Shown: positions 8,596 to 18,104, counted from the first letter of the stretch. The stretch is DNA of 32,000 nucleotides from Candidatus Thorarchaeota archaeon (GCA_048882505.1 JBHLRO010000001.1:210001-242000); one strand, 5' to 3'. The notes: generated by a model from the letters alone, not told the origin. A program made the numbers and translations.

Positions 8596-10935
8596 TCAAA
8601 GAAGTTGTAGGTTGTTACCATCAAATGAAATCATACCTCGAATAGTGAGCATCTTTAAGAGAGGTACGATTTCAGTTTCTGATTTGTTAAGGAGGGCACA
8701 CAAGCGATCCTTGGTCATTCCACCGGGATTGAATTTTAGGATTGAAATAATAGCCTCAATGGCATTAACAGATTCTGAACTCGTAGTCGGAACCGTCTTA
8801 ATGACAGCTTCACTTCCTATCCCCCCCAGATGTGCGAATATTGACTTGAAAACCGTTATGCGATTTAGACATTCTTCGAATACATAGGTAATGGCCTGAT
8901 CTCGTGTGATTGTTTGGTCATCGAGTGTCAAATCACCAGAGCTCGCGAATTCAATTAATTTCTTTGTCGCAAGGAGAGCTTGATTACTATGGAAGTCTAT
9001 ATAGTATAATCCCCCATAATCAGTTAGTGATTCCGCCAGATCTAAAGATTTGGTCGCTGTTCTCTGCAAACTTAGCTCTTCATCCCTTAATATGAATGCG
9101 TTCCGTATATTTCCCTTGACAAGCTTCCTCAAACGTCTTAAGCTCTGAAAAACTGTTGACCCATGCTCGCTGTTGTTAATTTCAATGCCGACGCTGTTTG
9201 CTCCTCTGGGAGTCTGGTATGTAAAAACGAGATCAAGACCTTTGGTGTCTTGGGAATCTCTCAGTCTATCAATTCGGACATTAAGAATTGTTATCCCGTA
9301 AAAGGGACGTTTTTTTTCTATACTGGTATTCAAAAGATCATAAAGAACTCCTTTGCAGAAGTCACGTCTAACAGGATGAGGATATTCATAAATCTCTGTT
9401 TCAAATTCACGAGCATATTTCGCCCATTGGGCCTCAAGAAAATTGATAACCTTGTTTGATCGATCTTCCATAACGGGAGAGGCAGAAGAAACTTTCTCAA
9501 CGTGTGTATCGCTTCCTAGTACTGGGCCCTCCTTTTTTATGACACCCTCTGAAATCGTAGGATCAAGCTCTGCAAATAGTTCCGCTAGTGCGTGCTGCTC
9601 GTGTGGACGTAATTCAACTCTTGCAGACCCTTCAAGCTCTGATACGGACTCGGGAGAAACTGAGGAAGGGGTTGATACTATTTCATCAGGTGTCATTGGT
9701 GGTACTCCTTCGACTGCCTCCTTCTGAACAGTCAGTTGGATGTCGCTTTCGGATAGCGCTCTAATATAGCCTTGGTCTTTGAACTCGTTGATTCGATCGC
9801 GCAGATGCCGAAGAAACAAACGGGGATTCCCTTCGAAGTTTCTAACGCTCACAGAAATGAACTCCTCTGAAAATGGATAAGAAGGAAAAGGTGGTGAAAT
9901 CCCAGAATCTTTGAACAGTGTAGCGATGCGAGCTTCTGCCAACAAGGTTGCGGTCTCCGTGTTTAGCGGCTCAAGACTAGTGACATAATCTATTCTTTGC
10001 CTGGAATATTCTGGAACCTCTTTAACGATGGATTCCTTCCATACGACAGATTGAACCATGGCCAATACAAGGACATGCCGGCATTGATTGTACAGATTAG
10101 TCAGTGAGTCAAATAATAGTCCAATTCCATTATCTCGTTTAAATCTAATATAGATCGATTCTAGCTGGTCAAAACTAAGTAATAAAGGTTTTTTCGCAAG
10201 AATTGTGACTGTCTGTATGATAGATAAGGCGCGGTTTTCAGAAACAATGGAATCTGGAACATCCAGTTTTTCAAGGTCCTCCTCGGATACTTCAATGCCA
10301 GATAGCCACTTAAACGCAGCAGGCCTGGTTATTGGGTTCAGTGTATGGAATAAAACTTCAAGGAATCCAATATCAATATCGGGATGAACGGTTGCCAAAT
10401 AATTAATTGCCATTCGTCTTAGATTTGTGGAATAAAATTTCTCTGGTTTGAATTTAAAAATCTTCATTGGATCATTAGCAAATGATTGTGATAAACTACG
10501 AGCGACAGGATTATCTGGGAGTCCTTCTGATAGGGCTCGAGAAATAACATCGCCAATGAATTGTTCTAAAGGACTATACTCGGTGCCATCCATCTTCTTA
10601 CGTAAAGAAATCATAATTTCTTGAAGGATATGACCATAAATCCGTTGGAGATCACCTAAAGGGCGTACACTAACGAATAAAAAGTCTCTTTCAAGAGCAA
10701 TGCGTCTGAGGCGGGCAAGAATGTGTGTTTTTCCCACACCAGCATCACCAAGAATCATACACATCCCCGAACGACCAGTAGACCGAACTTCGTCCAGGGT
10801 CTCTAGCACAATCCGAGTTGCCTTTCTATTGAATTCAGGAACGTCAATGACTTCAGTCTGCCAGGGATCCCCGACACTAGTACTGCGAAAAGGATTGACC
10901 TTACCCAATATGATTGCATCGTATATTTCCGGCAA
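8596..10935 (-). CDS. AAA+/STAND-like P-loop ATPase fused to a putative REase-fold domain and a C-terminal wHTH
   Basis: Walker A GDAGVGKT, Walker B LLLSFDQLE, KWLSG, sensor-2-like GNPRLFLR, an S/P/E-rich linker (about aa 400-495), GLDLV...VGIEINN, and a terminal wHTH (MTKDRLCALLN..LLKMLTIRGMI). TTG start follows GAGGT. Confidence 0.85.
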   Translation of the reverse strand: MPEIYDAIILGKVNPFRSTSVGDPWQTEVIDVPEFNRKATRIVLETLDEVRSTGRSGMCMILGDAGVGKTHILARLRRIALERDFLFVSVRPLGDLQRIYGHILQEIMISLRKKMDGTEYSPLEQFIGDVISRALSEGLPDNPVARSLSQSFANDPMKIFKFKPEKFYSTNLRRMAINYLATVHPDIDIGFLEVLFHTLNPITRPAAFKWLSGIEVSEEDLEKLDVPDSIVSENRALSIIQTVTILAKKPLLLSFDQLESIYIRFKRDNGIGLLFDSLTNLYNQCRHVLVLAMVQSVVWKESIVKEVPEYSRQRIDYVTSLEPLNTETATLLAEARIATLFKDSGISPPFPSYPFSEEFISVSVRNFEGNPRLFLRHLRDRINEFKDQGYIRALSESDIQLTVQKEAVEGVPPMTPDEIVSTPSSVSPESVSELEGSARVELRPHEQHALAELFAELDPTISEGVIKKEGPVLGSDTHVEKVSSASPVMEDRSNKVINFLEAQWAKYAREFETEIYEYPHPVRRDFCKGVLYDLLNTSIEKKRPFYGITILNVRIDRLRDSQDTKGLDLVFTYQTPRGANSVGIEINNSEHGSTVFQSLRRLRKLVKGNIRNAFILRDEELSLQRTATKSLDLAESLTDYGGLYYIDFHSNQALLATKKLIEFASSGDLTLDDQTITRDQAITYVFEECLNRITVFKSIFAHLGGIGSEAVIKTVPTTSSESVNAIEAIISILKFNPGGMTKDRLCALLNKSETEIVPLLKMLTIRGMISFDGNNLQLL

Positions 10936-11126
10936 TTCTACCTCAACCGTGAATTATCACCAAAACCTGGCTTCTTCTGATAAATTTCAACTGATTAGTG
11001 CTAAATTTCTAGTAGGAAGTGTATTCGAGGAGGTTAAAAAACTATCTAATGTTGAATTCATAGATATTTGTATTTTCATGGTCCGTTAAGAGTTTCTAGC
11101 CAAACTGGTATTTGTTTTTTGAGCAG

Positions 11127-12230
11127 CTAATCAATCAGTTTATCTATTGTATCAAGATAGGTCTTTAGTTCGGAGAGTTTTCTATCGCCCATATGTGCTA
11201 TTCGAAAGTTTAAGTTTGCAAATTTGCCATATCCGGTTGCAAAGAAGTACCCAAGTTGTTTCAGGCTTTTTTTGAGAGAAGAAATATCAATTCCCTTGCT
11301 ATTAATACAAGTGACGGTATTAGATGCAACTGACTTTTCTGGAAACAGTGATAATCCTTTTCGTTCAGCCCATTCGCGCGTGTAATCCGCCATTTCTGTA
11401 TGTCGCCTCCACCGGCTTTCTATCCCCTCACTGTCTATAATCTTATGGAGTTGATGTTGTAGCTGGTAATAAATTGGGATAACGGGAGTTGCAGGTTGCA
11501 TTCCACCTCGATCATGATATTTCTTCAACGTGATAAAGTCAAAGTACCATCCACGGTTCGGGATGCTTTGCGCCTTTTCCATAGCCTCTTCAGAGACAGA
11601 CGCGACGGCCAGCCCAGGAGATAATCCCATACATTTTTGTAAACCAAAAAGGTAAACATCAATTTCCCAATCATCAATCCTAGTTTCGATCCCTCCCGCA
11701 GCCGAGACGCCGTCTACAAGGAACAAACAACCAGCATCCTTTATAATACGGGAAAGTTCTTTTAGAGGTGTTGTTACGCCCGTTGATGTTTCGTTATGAG
11801 TTACACAAACTGCATCATATGGTTTTTCATTTAGTTTCTCTTCTAGTTGACTAGGTACGACCGCTTTACCCCAATTCACGTCAAGAGAATCGGCATTCTT
11901 ACCATTCGCAAAAGCAATCTCATACCAACGTTCCGCAAAAGCTCCATTAATGACATTAAGTACCCCATTATCGGTTATCAAATTTCTTATCGCTCCCTCC
12001 ATAAATCCTGATGAACTAGATGTAGATAACAAGATGTCATTAGATGTAAACAGCACTTGTTGTAAATAATTCGTGATATCCTTATGTAGGGCTCCCATAC
12101 TGTCACTTCGATGCCCAATCATGGGAAGACTCAACACTTCCCTGCAATCTGGGGAGACATTAACAGGCCCAGGGATAAAGAGATCCAGAAAATCCTCTTC
12201 TCTAATCAAATTCAGATGCTCCATGTTCAT
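11127..12230 (-). CDS. Class V PLP-dependent aminotransferase (alanine-glyoxylate/serine-pyruvate family)
   Basis: FIPGPV, MIGHRS, HNETSTG, VDGVS, GLQK (PLP lysine), PPG-like SPGL, TP and FRIAHMG motifs. Confidence 0.92.
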   Translation of the reverse strand: MNMEHLNLIREEDFLDLFIPGPVNVSPDCREVLSLPMIGHRSDSMGALHKDITNYLQQVLFTSNDILLSTSSSSGFMEGAIRNLITDNGVLNVINGAFAERWYEIAFANGKNADSLDVNWGKAVVPSQLEEKLNEKPYDAVCVTHNETSTGVTTPLKELSRIIKDAGCLFLVDGVSAAGGIETRIDDWEIDVYLFGLQKCMGLSPGLAVASVSEEAMEKAQSIPNRGWYFDFITLKKYHDRGGMQPATPVIPIYYQLQHQLHKIIDSEGIESRWRRHTEMADYTREWAERKGLSLFPEKSVASNTVTCINSKGIDISSLKKSLKQLGYFFATGYGKFANLNFRIAHMGDRKLSELKTYLDTIDKLID

Positions 12231-12332
12231 TAATGCATTGAGCGGGAATTACTGAAAAGAAAAATATATGTTTGGATTAAAATTAGACTTTTTGTATGGG
12301 AACAACCTAGCAAGATAAACAGGTGTTAATGA

Positions 12333-13370
12333 GTGGAAGTAAAGGTTGCAGACCTTATTGATATAGAATGGCGATCTCAGCTCTTGATCCAAAAGTTTCC
12401 GCACATTGGACCATCCATAGAACCCTTGAAGGTATTAAGGTCGAAATTTCCTTCTAAAACACAAAATGAAAAGTTGGATCTTCTTGTCATGCAAGGATCT
12501 TTTGATCCCCCCACCCGGGCGCATATTGAGATAATTAGGCTAGCGATTCAAAATAAATTGGATTCAATCCCCCAAGATCAACTGAATCTTATGATTTTTT
12601 TATCACTCCAACATGTTGAAAAGCGGCTGAATGTGTTAGAAAGGTCTCTACTCGGGTTTAGAGTCGAAATGCTCTCAAATATTTTAAAAAAAACTATTCT
12701 TTCAATGTACACAATCCCTATAACAATTTTTATTTCGAACGTAGGACGGTATATCGATCTTACACCTGCAATAACAACCTTCTTCCCCTCAAAAGACTCT
12801 CTATCATATATCGTTGGCATTGATGTATTTAAGAAAATCCTAATGCAGAAATTTTATCAAAACCACATAAGCCATGTTCTATCTAAGGTTTTCCAAAACT
12901 ACTTTCTGGTTGCAGGAAGAAATGAAATTACCAGTAGAGAGGAATTGGACGCCCATGTGAGAAATATCACGGGAGCTGAGAACCACCTTACAACTGAGAT
13001 TTTAGATCATATTCGTTTTTTGGAAATCCCACCTGAATTTCAAAATATAAACGCCACGCAAATAAGGAAAACCATTTTTCATGGTGGAAAACCGTCGCCA
13101 CAACATTTATATCCATCTACGTATAATGAGCTAAGAAAATGGGATTTGTACAGCCCAAATCCAAAATTGTTTGCCCTTCAAGTCGGAATTCAGCAAGCAG
13201 TCTCTCTGTCTCTTAAAAATGGTCTCGTTTTGGCAGATGCCCGTTCAAGAATTGAAAGTATTGTGGATCTTCTCCTAAAAGATGAAAGCTTCCAAGAACG
13301 GGTAATTAAAGATTATAGGCAAGAACTAGATACGACATTACGTAAGAGGTGGTCAAAATTTCCCAAATAG
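12333..13370 (+). CDS. Nicotinamide/nicotinate mononucleotide adenylyltransferase-like nucleotidyltransferase (cytidylyltransferase superfamily)
   Basis: GSFDPPTRAH ((H/T)xxH motif), R.EM, YIVGID and INATQIRK (SxT.IR-like). GTG start follows AGGTG. There is an extra C-terminal helical extension. Confidence 0.75.
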   Translation: MEVKVADLIDIEWRSQLLIQKFPHIGPSIEPLKVLRSKFPSKTQNEKLDLLVMQGSFDPPTRAHIEIIRLAIQNKLDSIPQDQLNLMIFLSLQHVEKRLNVLERSLLGFRVEMLSNILKKTILSMYTIPITIFISNVGRYIDLTPAITTFFPSKDSLSYIVGIDVFKKILMQKFYQNHISHVLSKVFQNYFLVAGRNEITSREELDAHVRNITGAENHLTTEILDHIRFLEIPPEFQNINATQIRKTIFHGGKPSPQHLYPSTYNELRKWDLYSPNPKLFALQVGIQQAVSLSLKNGLVLADARSRIESIVDLLLKDESFQERVIKDYRQELDTTLRKRWSKFPK

Positions 13371-13963
13371 GCATATTGGGAGAATTTATCAATCGTTTTG
13401 ATTTAACACCTTCATCGGAGGCACCCTCAGAGCCATTAGGTAACGGTTACGCCATACTCCACCAAGGATGTGAGAAGTACGTCGTCCCGTTAATCCAAAG
13501 GAAAAAAAAGACCTTGGCGATAACCGAGCTTACAACCTGCGGCCTAATAAGCGACTTACTGACGGGGGTTAGTGGAGCATCTCAGTATTTCCTTCTAGGG
13601 GTAATTCCATATAGTACGGATGCAAAAATGGAGCTAGGGGTCTCATATTCACTCTTAACACATGAAGGGCCCGGTACTGTATCCCATGAAACTGCACAAG
13701 CGTTGGCAAACCGTGTTAGGCTTTTTTCCAGGGCAGATATCAGCCTTGCTGAAACGGGATTACTATCCTCTGCAAGCCTCGCCTTCAAACGCACAGCCAA
13801 AGCAGCCGGTACCGTCTTTCTATCTATTGTCTCACAAGGAAAAGTTCACAATGAGGTTCTTCGAGTTGATCCTGACCTGGATCGACGAATGATGCGTCTA
13901 GAGATAGCGGGATATGTCCTAATTTCTCTTTACACGTTTCTAGAGGGCATTAATGATCCTTAG
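13349..13963 (+). CDS. CinA C-terminal / PncC (NMN deamidase) family protein, catalytic Ser substituted
   Basis: TLAITELTTCGLISDLLTGVSGASQYF..G..PYSTDAK..LGV, G.VS.ETA..LA and ETG match the CinA fold. The gene overlaps the upstream stop by 22 nt. Confidence 0.8.
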   Translation: MVKISQIGILGEFINRFDLTPSSEAPSEPLGNGYAILHQGCEKYVVPLIQRKKKTLAITELTTCGLISDLLTGVSGASQYFLLGVIPYSTDAKMELGVSYSLLTHEGPGTVSHETAQALANRVRLFSRADISLAETGLLSSASLAFKRTAKAAGTVFLSIVSQGKVHNEVLRVDPDLDRRMMRLEIAGYVLISLYTFLEGINDP

Positions 13964-14055
13964 CACTATCCATTATTGAGAAGTCAATTTCTAAATTCGT
14001 AGAAAGTTCCTGATTAACAAAATTTTTATTGGAATTTATCCTATCGTGACAGGAG

Positions 14056-17000
14056 TTGGCCTTGGTGCAGTTAAATCCTAGTCAGAAATCCCTTCCACGT
14101 TTTTGGTTCTTAGTTTTACTTCTTGCTTTGCCATTTAGCAGTTTATTGTTCCCGTCTCCGCTTTCCTCAAATAATAAGATAGTGGAAAACATTCCTTTGA
14201 ATCCGGAGTCTGATGGAAAAGTCACCAACTTCCTTTTCACTTACGAAACATCAGAACGAGATCAGATCTTTGGTTTATTACGGAAGTATAATGCCAAGCA
14301 TGTTGAATTTTTCACACATCTTCCAATCGGAATGGTTTCATTCCCAGAGAATCTTTTTAGAGAACTCCAAGAAGATCACCCTGCTTTTGCATCCAAAATT
14401 AGACCTTCCTCCAAAAGCCAAGTAGTTCCTGATCTCGATCAGATTTTTACTGTATCACAAACATCTACTTACGTTCATCCATTTGAAATTATCAATGCCA
14501 CCCAGTTGTATCAGGATGGTGTTACGGGCGAAGGAGCTAAAATTGCCATCCTTGACACGGGCATAGATACTTCTCACTCAGCTTTTGCCAACCGAGTAAC
14601 ATTTCAGAAATCTTTCGTAACTAAATCGTTCGGGTTCTCTGATGACGAACCAGCGATAGACCTTCACGGCCATGGGACTCATGTTGCTGGACTAGCAGTT
14701 GGCTCGGGAACAGAATATCCAGGCATTGCTGTCTCGGCAGAAATTTTGAATCTGAAGGTTGCTGATGTGGCTGGGTTTTCGACTGAAGAAGCAGTAATCG
14801 CCGCCATCGATACAGCGATTAATAGCAGTGTAGACGTTATTTCTATGTCATTGGGATTTTCAACTGCTTCACCATGGGAAGAGGACGACCTGCTTTCTTT
14901 GGCCGTTGATGAAGCTGTTAAAAGTGGAATTTCAGTTGTTGTGTCAGCAGGGAATGATGGGCCAAATATCGCAAGTATTTCTAGTCCTGCTTCTGCAAGT
15001 CAGGCACTCACAGTAGGGGCAACGAACGGAAGCGATCAAGTCGTCGGGTTTTCTAGTAAAGGCCCATCCTACAAGTTCAGGGTCGATCCCGACATCGTGG
15101 CCCCAGGAACAGCCATCATTGGCCCCTTGGCTTCTCAGAGCGCATTAAAACTTGGGTATGACGCCATTATCGGAACATCGCCCTCAGACTATATCGCGCT
15201 TTCAGGGACAAGTATGGCGGCACCTATCGTGAGTGGAGCCGTTGCTTTGTTGAAACAAAAATTCCCGAAGGCCCCTCCGCAAGCCATACGGGCGGCCCTT
15301 CTGGAGACAGGTAATGATCTAGGGGAATCCGTGTTCCTGCAAGGGAATGGATTGATAGATGTGTCCTCAGCAGCCGAGGCTTTGCTAAGAACTTCACAAT
15401 CAAATCCACAGGAGTTTGGAATTTCGGCATCACTCCCTCGGACAGATCTTGAAAAACCTCTCGAGCTATCAGAACGAATTCGATTTCCTGGAGACAATAC
15501 CACATTAAAATTTTCGGTGATTACAGGGATGTCAGGAATTGTAACTTGGAATATTTCGACTACAATTGCGCCATTCGTCACTTTTGACTCATCGCCAGAT
15601 GTACTTTCTTCTGCTGACATCCTTGAAAAGAATTTGAGAATCTCTGTTCCTCTTGATATTGATCCGGGTGATTATGGTGGATTTATCTCCTATACATTTC
15701 GAGGAATTAAAAAGACCTTTCTTGTCCAATTTGAAATCGATCTGCCTAAGGCCAAAGCGATCTGGCCAATTAAACATACTGGGCGCGAGGATTCGCCATT
15801 CTTTAATTATCGTTTTATAGATGGCTTCTTAGCAGAAAATTTGTCTATTGATATAGATACTTACCCAGGCCCCTTGAACTGGAACTCTCTATCTCTCTAC
15901 AACTTGTTAATTCTAACCGATCTAGAACACCCATTGAGTCAGTACGAGATTTCAGCTATTAAAAAGTTCCATGACAACAATGGATCCATCATACTTGTCA
16001 CTTCTGCCTTTCCATACTTTAATCCAATTCCATACACCGATTTAGCGGAGAACCTCGGTCTAGGGATTGATTTCGAGGATCGATTGGATTTAATTTCTTG
16101 GTTGGATAATGGTAGAATCCGCAACATCGTATCTTTGTCTCCTTCTGAGTTGAATATCTCGTGGGAACCGTCTAACTCTATTTTTCAAAATATCACTACT
16201 CTTCCTAACCTGATAGGAACTGGGTTTCAGATTGAAGCTGGTGTACCTGGTATAAGGGATAGAGTATCCGTGGTAGACAATCAGCATTCGATATTTGCCG
16301 CAATAGAGTTGGAAAATTTAGGAAAAGTAGCAGTAATAGGTAGCGAACAATTTCTCTACACGGAGTTTTCTCAGAGCTCATCAGGTCAAACATTTGTAAA
16401 AAATCTGTTTAACTGGGTAATATCCAACGAAACGCATTCTATTAATGCAGAATTGAATCAAACAAGTAAACAGCTTACCATTGCAGCCTATAGTCGTAGT
16501 TATTCCCAAATGTGGATCGATCTATCCTTTAGCAACGGTACAGAAGTCAACAATGTTGAATTAATTGGCAATAATGGATCTTATGTGACAACCATCCCCT
16601 TGGGTTTATCGTTAGATAATCATATAATAACTGTTGGTTTAAAGAGCTCAATCTCGTCAGGTTACTTAAAGGAGTTTCCTATTTTTGATTTTCCGTCGGT
16701 TGTTGAAAACATATCCACCACAACCAATCATATTTCCTCCGAAACAATTCTAAAGCCTTCCTGGCTTGAAAATAGTTCAGTTCCTATAATAGATCGATCG
16801 ATAAATCTAACCCTCCAGCTTATCGGACTGGATGCGAATTTTACGGCCAAACCGACATTTCTAATTACGAAAGAATTAGAGGACACGCTGGATATCCTTG
16901 TACCTCCTCTTGATGAAATTGTCTATTTCAGTGATGAGGTCCCGTTTATAAACAAAACAACGACTCAACAAGAACTAAATTATTCTATCCCCTCTGATCT

Positions 17001-17796
17001 CTCTCCTGGGTATTATGTGTATGAAATACTGATATGGGTAGAGACTGAAAAACCTCTGAATTACACTTATATTATTTCGTATTCTTCGCAGGTTTTTACG
17101 ATTCCTGATACGGAACCTACCCTCTCAAAACAAAGCAGCATCGGAGGCTACTCGTTGGAGGTTTACCAAGATATAGAAACCTTCGCAGATATCCCTGTTT
17201 GGAGTGCAGGAGATTCAATCGAAATATTTCTAGTTCCAGAAGACCTTGAGAGCGGTGAATTTGTCATTTGGGGGCAAATTCTACATTATTACCTTTGGTT
17301 TGCAGATAGAACAGTCCTAGATTATTTTGAAGTACCTCAGTCGGATAATAACAACAGCGAGTATTTCGGGACCTACTCGGTGCCTACAAATGCGATTCCC
17401 GCTAAAGGGGAGCAATTCGCAGTCGCCACTACTGGTCAGATTTTTATTTTACTATTATTTATTCGGGATGATACCGGGAATTATGGAATTGAGGTGATTT
17501 TCTTTACCATTAGAGCAACCTCAATAATCGACCCGGGATTTTTGATTCTTGCAAGCGGGATAATAATTGGCATAGGGATTTTCGTATTTATCTTTTTATC
17601 GAAAAAATCTCTCCGAAAATCTGGATATAAGTACCCATACGGTTACCCCCCATATGAAACCCCGAAGGAGCCCCCCTCGTCACCTTGGAGCGGCGGTTTT
17701 AAATATTGCTTCAATTGTGGGAAACCAGTTTCACCCTACGCACTCTTCTGTCCATCATGCGGAAATAATCTTAAACCAAAGCCTGATGAAGATTGA
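14056..17796 (+). CDS. Membrane-anchored S8 subtilisin-like protease with prodomain, GATase-like (GIFT/DUF4350-type) domain, Ig-like domains, C-terminal TM and cytosolic zinc ribbon
   Basis: Triad ILDTG (D167), HGHGTHVAG (H206), SGTSMAAP (S386) and oxyanion SAGNDG (N300). N-terminal hydrophobic leader, C-terminal TM (FLILASGIIIGIGIFVFIFL), then CFNC...CPSC. AGGAG at 14051-14055 suggests the real start is TTG 14062 or GTG 14065. Confidence 0.92.
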   Translation: MALVQLNPSQKSLPRFWFLVLLLALPFSSLLFPSPLSSNNKIVENIPLNPESDGKVTNFLFTYETSERDQIFGLLRKYNAKHVEFFTHLPIGMVSFPENLFRELQEDHPAFASKIRPSSKSQVVPDLDQIFTVSQTSTYVHPFEIINATQLYQDGVTGEGAKIAILDTGIDTSHSAFANRVTFQKSFVTKSFGFSDDEPAIDLHGHGTHVAGLAVGSGTEYPGIAVSAEILNLKVADVAGFSTEEAVIAAIDTAINSSVDVISMSLGFSTASPWEEDDLLSLAVDEAVKSGISVVVSAGNDGPNIASISSPASASQALTVGATNGSDQVVGFSSKGPSYKFRVDPDIVAPGTAIIGPLASQSALKLGYDAIIGTSPSDYIALSGTSMAAPIVSGAVALLKQKFPKAPPQAIRAALLETGNDLGESVFLQGNGLIDVSSAAEALLRTSQSNPQEFGISASLPRTDLEKPLELSERIRFPGDNTTLKFSVITGMSGIVTWNISTTIAPFVTFDSSPDVLSSADILEKNLRISVPLDIDPGDYGGFISYTFRGIKKTFLVQFEIDLPKAKAIWPIKHTGREDSPFFNYRFIDGFLAENLSIDIDTYPGPLNWNSLSLYNLLILTDLEHPLSQYEISAIKKFHDNNGSIILVTSAFPYFNPIPYTDLAENLGLGIDFEDRLDLISWLDNGRIRNIVSLSPSELNISWEPSNSIFQNITTLPNLIGTGFQIEAGVPGIRDRVSVVDNQHSIFAAIELENLGKVAVIGSEQFLYTEFSQSSSGQTFVKNLFNWVISNETHSINAELNQTSKQLTIAAYSRSYSQMWIDLSFSNGTEVNNVELIGNNGSYVTTIPLGLSLDNHIITVGLKSSISSGYLKEFPIFDFPSVVENISTTTNHISSETILKPSWLENSSVPIIDRSINLTLQLIGLDANFTAKPTFLITKELEDTLDILVPPLDEIVYFSDEVPFINKTTTQQELNYSIPSDLSPGYYVYEILIWVETEKPLNYTYIISYSSQVFTIPDTEPTLSKQSSIGGYSLEVYQDIETFADIPVWSAGDSIEIFLVPEDLESGEFVIWGQILHYYLWFADRTVLDYFEVPQSDNNNSEYFGTYSVPTNAIPAKGEQFAVATTGQIFILLLFIRDDTGNYGIEVIFFTIRATSIIDPGFLILASGIIIGIGIFVFIFLSKKSLRKSGYKYPYGYPPYETPKEPPSSPWSGGFKYCFNCGKPVSPYALFCPSCGNNLKPKPDED

Positions 17797-17797
17797 A

Positions 17798-17818
17798 CCG
17801 CAAAACCGAGTTTTGTGG
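17798..17818 (+). terminator. Hairpin immediately after the protease stop codon
   Basis: CCGCAAAAC-CGA-GTTTTGTGG forms a 9-bp stem including one G-U pair, starting 2 nt after the TGA. Confidence 0.35.
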
Positions 17819-18104
17819 ATCATAAAGACTAGACAAGAATACCGTATGTCTCCCTCCTAGCAGAAGCATTTAACGCTCAGTTATCCTGACACTCGGGAAT
17901 ACTGGGTATCGTATCATTGCCGCACGAAAGGATCCAATTCATGAGTCGATGTTTCTTCTGGTTATTTGGATTTCCAAGGACTATATTATGGGATTCGTTG
18001 AAATGGAGTCCGAAACTGTTCTGTAACCCGATCGTATAATCGAACTTCCGATTGTCTTCCGTATTGACAGGTATTTCATTTCTGCTCTTTCTTGAAAGTT
18101 CTGC

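Noticed and set aside
11027-11034. Strong SD-like GAGGAGGT suggesting a hidden plus-strand gene (and ORF 10700-11089)
   Set aside because: The next ATG opens only four codons, and ORF 10700-11089 is mostly antisense to the ATPase start.
17626-17660. YPYGYPPY as a PPxY (WW-domain-binding) motif
   Set aside because: The sequence is Y-P-P-Y-E and does not match [LP]-P-x-Y.
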